Below, piece after piece: positions 60,975 through 64,000 of a stretch of 64,000 nucleotides of DNA. The stretch lies in the NCBI GenBank assembly GCA_035623825.1, contig DASPSR010000021.1, positions 1 through 64,000 on the forward strand, given 5' to 3'. Origin of the DNA: Nitrospirota bacterium (GTDB lineage: Bacteria > Nitrospirota > UBA9217). The translations under genes were made by a program, and so were the position numbers. Numbering within the stretch: position 1 is the first letter of the stretch; each line of letters opens with the position of its first letter. The notes below the pieces were generated by a model. It was not told where the DNA came from. It worked only from the letters and a program-made list of their open reading frames with translations, and did no database searches.

Positions 60975-61550
60975 ATGAAGGAACATGGCGATCCGGAGAA
61001 TCCTGAGAACATGGGCGAGCCCATGTCGTCTATCCCTGCCGAACAAGTAGGACCTGCTGATTATCTGCGGGCGGTGAAAGCCCATCTCAGGAACGGCAAG
61101 CAGAAAGATGCATTCAGCTTACTGTTGCAAGCCGCTGTGCAATTTCCAGACGAACCCCTTATCCTTTCCTATTATGGTTGTCTCCAGGCGCTTGTAGACA
61201 AAAAGTACCGGAGCGGCGTTGAAACCTGCAAGAGGGCCATTGCTCTGTTTAAGGGGAAAAAGTCTTTTGGCGTTGATGTTCTCTATCCAGTCTTCTATCT
61301 CAATCTCGGCAGGGCATACCTTGCCGCGGGAAAGAAAAAGGACGCAATCGAAGCTTTTCATAAAGGGTTAAAGTATGATAACGGCAATAATGACCTCCGT
61401 AAGGAATTACGGGGACTGGGGATAAGGAAAAACCCCCCGGTGCCGTTTCTCGACCGGTCGAATCCGATCAATAAATACATAGGCATGATCCTTCGGAAAA
61501 CAAGTAAGGAGCCCGGAAAAGACAGGGGAAAAGGGACGAGGGGAAGGTAA
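60975..61550 (+). CDS. TPR-containing protein
   Basis: LSYYG, YLNLGRAYL..GKK..AI.AF.KGL, LG.RK.PP.PFL.RSNP.NKY.G. Confidence 0.8.
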   Translation: MKEHGDPENPENMGEPMSSIPAEQVGPADYLRAVKAHLRNGKQKDAFSLLLQAAVQFPDEPLILSYYGCLQALVDKKYRSGVETCKRAIALFKGKKSFGVDVLYPVFYLNLGRAYLAAGKKKDAIEAFHKGLKYDNGNNDLRKELRGLGIRKNPPVPFLDRSNPINKYIGMILRKTSKEPGKDRGKGTRGR

Positions 61551-61692
61551 TGCCGGGTGAAGCAAATGGTGGTCGGTCAGAGTTGTACGGGATAAAGCCA
61601 GTTCTGTTTCGCTATCCTTGGGCTCCTCGTGGGAAATACTACTTCACATCATCTGCATATCTGCGAGAAATACTTCTTTTTCACGTCATGCA

Positions 61693-62901
61693 TCAACTCT
61701 TATCCAGCGCCTGCTTCAGGTCGGCAATCAGGTCTTCTATGTCCTCCAGACCCAGGGCGAGCCTGACCAGATTGTCCACCATGCCGATTTTTTTGCGGTA
61801 GTCCTCGGGATAATCGAAGAACGACATCATCCACATCTGAGTCACCAGGCTTTCGCTCCCGCCGAGGCTTGGCGTGATAAGAAAAAGATCCAGTGAATCG
61901 ATGAACCTCCGTGTCGCCGCGTCGTCGCCCTTGAGCAGAAAGGTGACCACGCTGCCGAACCCTTTCATTTGCTCCTTCGCGATTTTGTGGTCTGGATGCG
62001 ACTCCAGTCCTGGGTACCATACCTTTTCTATCCTTGGGTGTGACTCAAGCATCCGTGCGACGGCGAGGCCGGCCTTGTTGTGGTGCTCCATCCTCAGGCC
62101 GAAGGTCTTGAGTCCGCGTTCGAGCAGGAAAGATGACAGAGGGCCCGGTGTAGCGCCGATCATGCGCTGCATGCGGTAAACGTCGTTCATGAGCTTGTCA
62201 GAACCGAGGGCGACGCCGGCCAGTAGGTCATTGTGGCCACCCAGGTATTTCGTGGCCGAATGGATCACTACGTCCACCCCTAGGTCCAGCGGCCGGATGT
62301 TGTAGGCCGTGGCGAGCGTTGCATCGATGATGGTCATGACCCGGTGCTGCTTCGCGACCTTCACGACCGCTGGGAGATCCAGGCAGCGAAGGTAGGGATT
62401 GGTCGGTGATTCTGTGAAGATGATGTTCGTGTTGGGGCGGATCGCCTTTTCGATCGCCTCGGACGTGGGGTCCACCATCGAGACCTGGATGCCGAACTCG
62501 GCAAGCAGGTTAGCAGCAAAGTCGCGGGTCTGGCGGTAGCAGTCGCTCGTGAAAATGATGTGCCCATCGCGGCGCATAAAGGTCATGAGCGTCAGAATCA
62601 CTGCTGCCATGCCCGTGGAGAAGAGCACGGCCCGTTCGGCGTTCTCAACAGCTGCCAATTTGCGCTCGCACTCTTGCTGTGTCGGGTTGCCGTAGCGCCC
62701 GTATTCATGTTCGCGTATCACCCTCCCCTCACTCTTGGACTTCATGAAGTCATAGACTTCCTGGGTGTTGTTAAAATAATAGTTCGAGGTGTGCACGATC
62801 GGTGTGGATACCGAATAATGTGCATGGGAAACGCGGTCCAAGCCGTGAATACCAAGGGTGGCTGGGTTCCATTTTTTGGGACTAGACTGTTTTTTTGCCA
62901 T
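61693..62901 (-). CDS. metB: Cys/Met-metabolism PLP enzyme, cystathionine gamma-synthase (plant-type)
   Basis: [50 protein letters not shown]; start set at ATG 62901. Confidence 0.82.
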   Translation of the reverse strand: MAKKQSSPKKWNPATLGIHGLDRVSHAHYSVSTPIVHTSNYYFNNTQEVYDFMKSKSEGRVIREHEYGRYGNPTQQECERKLAAVENAERAVLFSTGMAAVILTLMTFMRRDGHIIFTSDCYRQTRDFAANLLAEFGIQVSMVDPTSEAIEKAIRPNTNIIFTESPTNPYLRCLDLPAVVKVAKQHRVMTIIDATLATAYNIRPLDLGVDVVIHSATKYLGGHNDLLAGVALGSDKLMNDVYRMQRMIGATPGPLSSFLLERGLKTFGLRMEHHNKAGLAVARMLESHPRIEKVWYPGLESHPDHKIAKEQMKGFGSVVTFLLKGDDAATRRFIDSLDLFLITPSLGGSESLVTQMWMMSFFDYPEDYRKKIGMVDNLVRLALGLEDIEDLIADLKQALDKS

Positions 62902-64000
62902 TCGTCTCATTCCTCTTCTGCAAGGCCTGCCGCAGGGCTTCTTTGACCGCGTCAACGCTCGGTGGCAGTTCAATGGGTTTATTAGCAAACCGGCACGGGA
63001 AGTCAAGCTTCTCCTCGTGATAGCTGACCTTGAAATCGGTGAACTTCAAGCCATGGGCTGTAGAGATGACAACGACGTGCTCGGACTTGTCGATTTGACC
63101 GGCCTTGAGCAGTTTGATCATGCCTGCCAGCGCAACGCCGGTATGGGGACAGTTGAACATCCCGGTTGTGTCACCGAGTGCCGCAGCATCAGCCAACTCC
63201 TGCTCGGTGGCATCCACGACGATGCCGCTGAATTGTTTCAGTGTCCGGATCGCCTTTTCGATACTCACGGGGTTGCCAATCTGGATAGCGCTGGCCAGCG
63301 TCTTTCGGGCCTCGATGGGCTCGAAGGTCTCAAAGCGCTTGAGATAGGAGCGGTAGAGCGGATTAGCACGCTCGGCCTGGGCCACGACTATCCTCGGCAA
63401 AGTGGCAATCAATCCGAGATCGCGCATCATGAGCAGCCCGCTACCCAGCGCGGATACGTTCCCTAGATTGCCGCCGGGGATAATGATCACGTCGGGGGTT
63501 TCCCAGTCGAATTGTTGGACGATCTCGATGCCCACGGTCTTCTGGCCCTCGATGCGGAGCGAGTTCATTGAATTGGCAAGATAGATCGTTTCGTCTTGGG
63601 TAATCTCCCGCACGACGCGCATGCAGCCGTCGAAGTCCGTGTCGAGGGAGAGGACCAGCGCTCCATTAGCGATGGGCTGGACGAGCTGGGCAATCGAAAT
63701 CTTGCCCTTGGGCAAGAGCACGATAGACTGGATGCCTGCAGCGGCACAGTATACCGCTAGCGCGGCCGACGTGTCTCCTGTCGAAGCGCAGGCGACGGCC
63801 TGAATAGGCGCGCCTTCGCTGATCATCTGCTTGACCTGCGACACAAGCACGGTCATGCCGAGGTCCTTGAATGAACCGCTGTGGGAGTTGCCGCAGAGCT
63901 TGATCCAGAGGTTGTCCAGACCGATCATCTTGCCGAACCGCTCTGCCCAGAACAGGTTGGTCCCGCCTTCGTACAGCGAGACGATGTTTTCGTTGTCGAT
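62882..64000 (-). CDS. thrC: Threonine synthase (plant-type), 5' end outside the window
   Basis: SGSFKDLGM (PLP Lys), [43 protein letters not shown]; frame is open to the window edge. Confidence 0.93.
   Translation of the reverse strand: MDNENIVSLYEGGTNLFWAERFGKMIGLDNLWIKLCGNSHSGSFKDLGMTVLVSQVKQMISEGAPIQAVACASTGDTSAALAVYCAAAGIQSIVLLPKGKISIAQLVQPIANGALVLSLDTDFDGCMRVVREITQDETIYLANSMNSLRIEGQKTVGIEIVQQFDWETPDVIIIPGGNLGNVSALGSGLLMMRDLGLIATLPRIVVAQAERANPLYRSYLKRFETFEPIEARKTLASAIQIGNPVSIEKAIRTLKQFSGIVVDATEQELADAAALGDTTGMFNCPHTGVALAGMIKLLKAGQIDKSEHVVVISTAHGLKFTDFKVSYHEEKLDFPCRFANKPIELPPSVDAVKEALRQALQKRNETNGKKTV

Noticed and set aside
1-64000. CRISPR array, IS/transposase, integrase, rRNA
   Set aside because: No regularly spaced repeats or recognisable motifs found by inspection.

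Overview
Bacterial chromosome segment of moderately high GC. Gene repertoire, sigma54/IHF promoters and the tmRNA tag suggest a Nitrospirota- or Desulfobacterota-like diderm (inference). Left to right: (i) housekeeping genes, mostly on the minus strand (oligopeptide ABC ATPases, TPR protein, deoC, class IV aminotransferase, prfC, PlsC-like acyltransferase, HNH); (ii) a complete dcw cluster from mraZ to ftsZ, with two unusual passengers (a STAS protein after mraZ and an unannotated 45-aa membrane micro-ORF before ftsA); (iii) trmJ, an MBL hydrolase, cysteine synthase, a radical SAM protein and pgeF-yggS-proC-yggT-divIVA-yggU; (iv) tmRNA (ssrA, tag ANTPELALAA), followed by an integrase-less ~4 kb islet bounded by a 28-bp att repeat. 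The islet has a second, degenerate nested att end and carries a RelE/HigB-XRE toxin-antitoxin pair and an AEP primase-like/SF2 helicase fusion (defence candidate); (v) an AT-rich block with a Cys-rich secreted protein, a multi-PAS hybrid kinase and orphan ORFs behind sigma54 promoters; (vi) mixed metabolic genes, including a hidden selenoprotein (PrdB/GrdB-like, in-frame UGA in a UxxC motif plus a SECIS-like hairpin, split in two by the ORF caller) and a plant-type threonine synthase/cystathionine gamma-synthase pair. No CRISPR array, rRNA, standard tRNA, transposase or integrase was seen. All family assignments come from motif recognition, not database searches.
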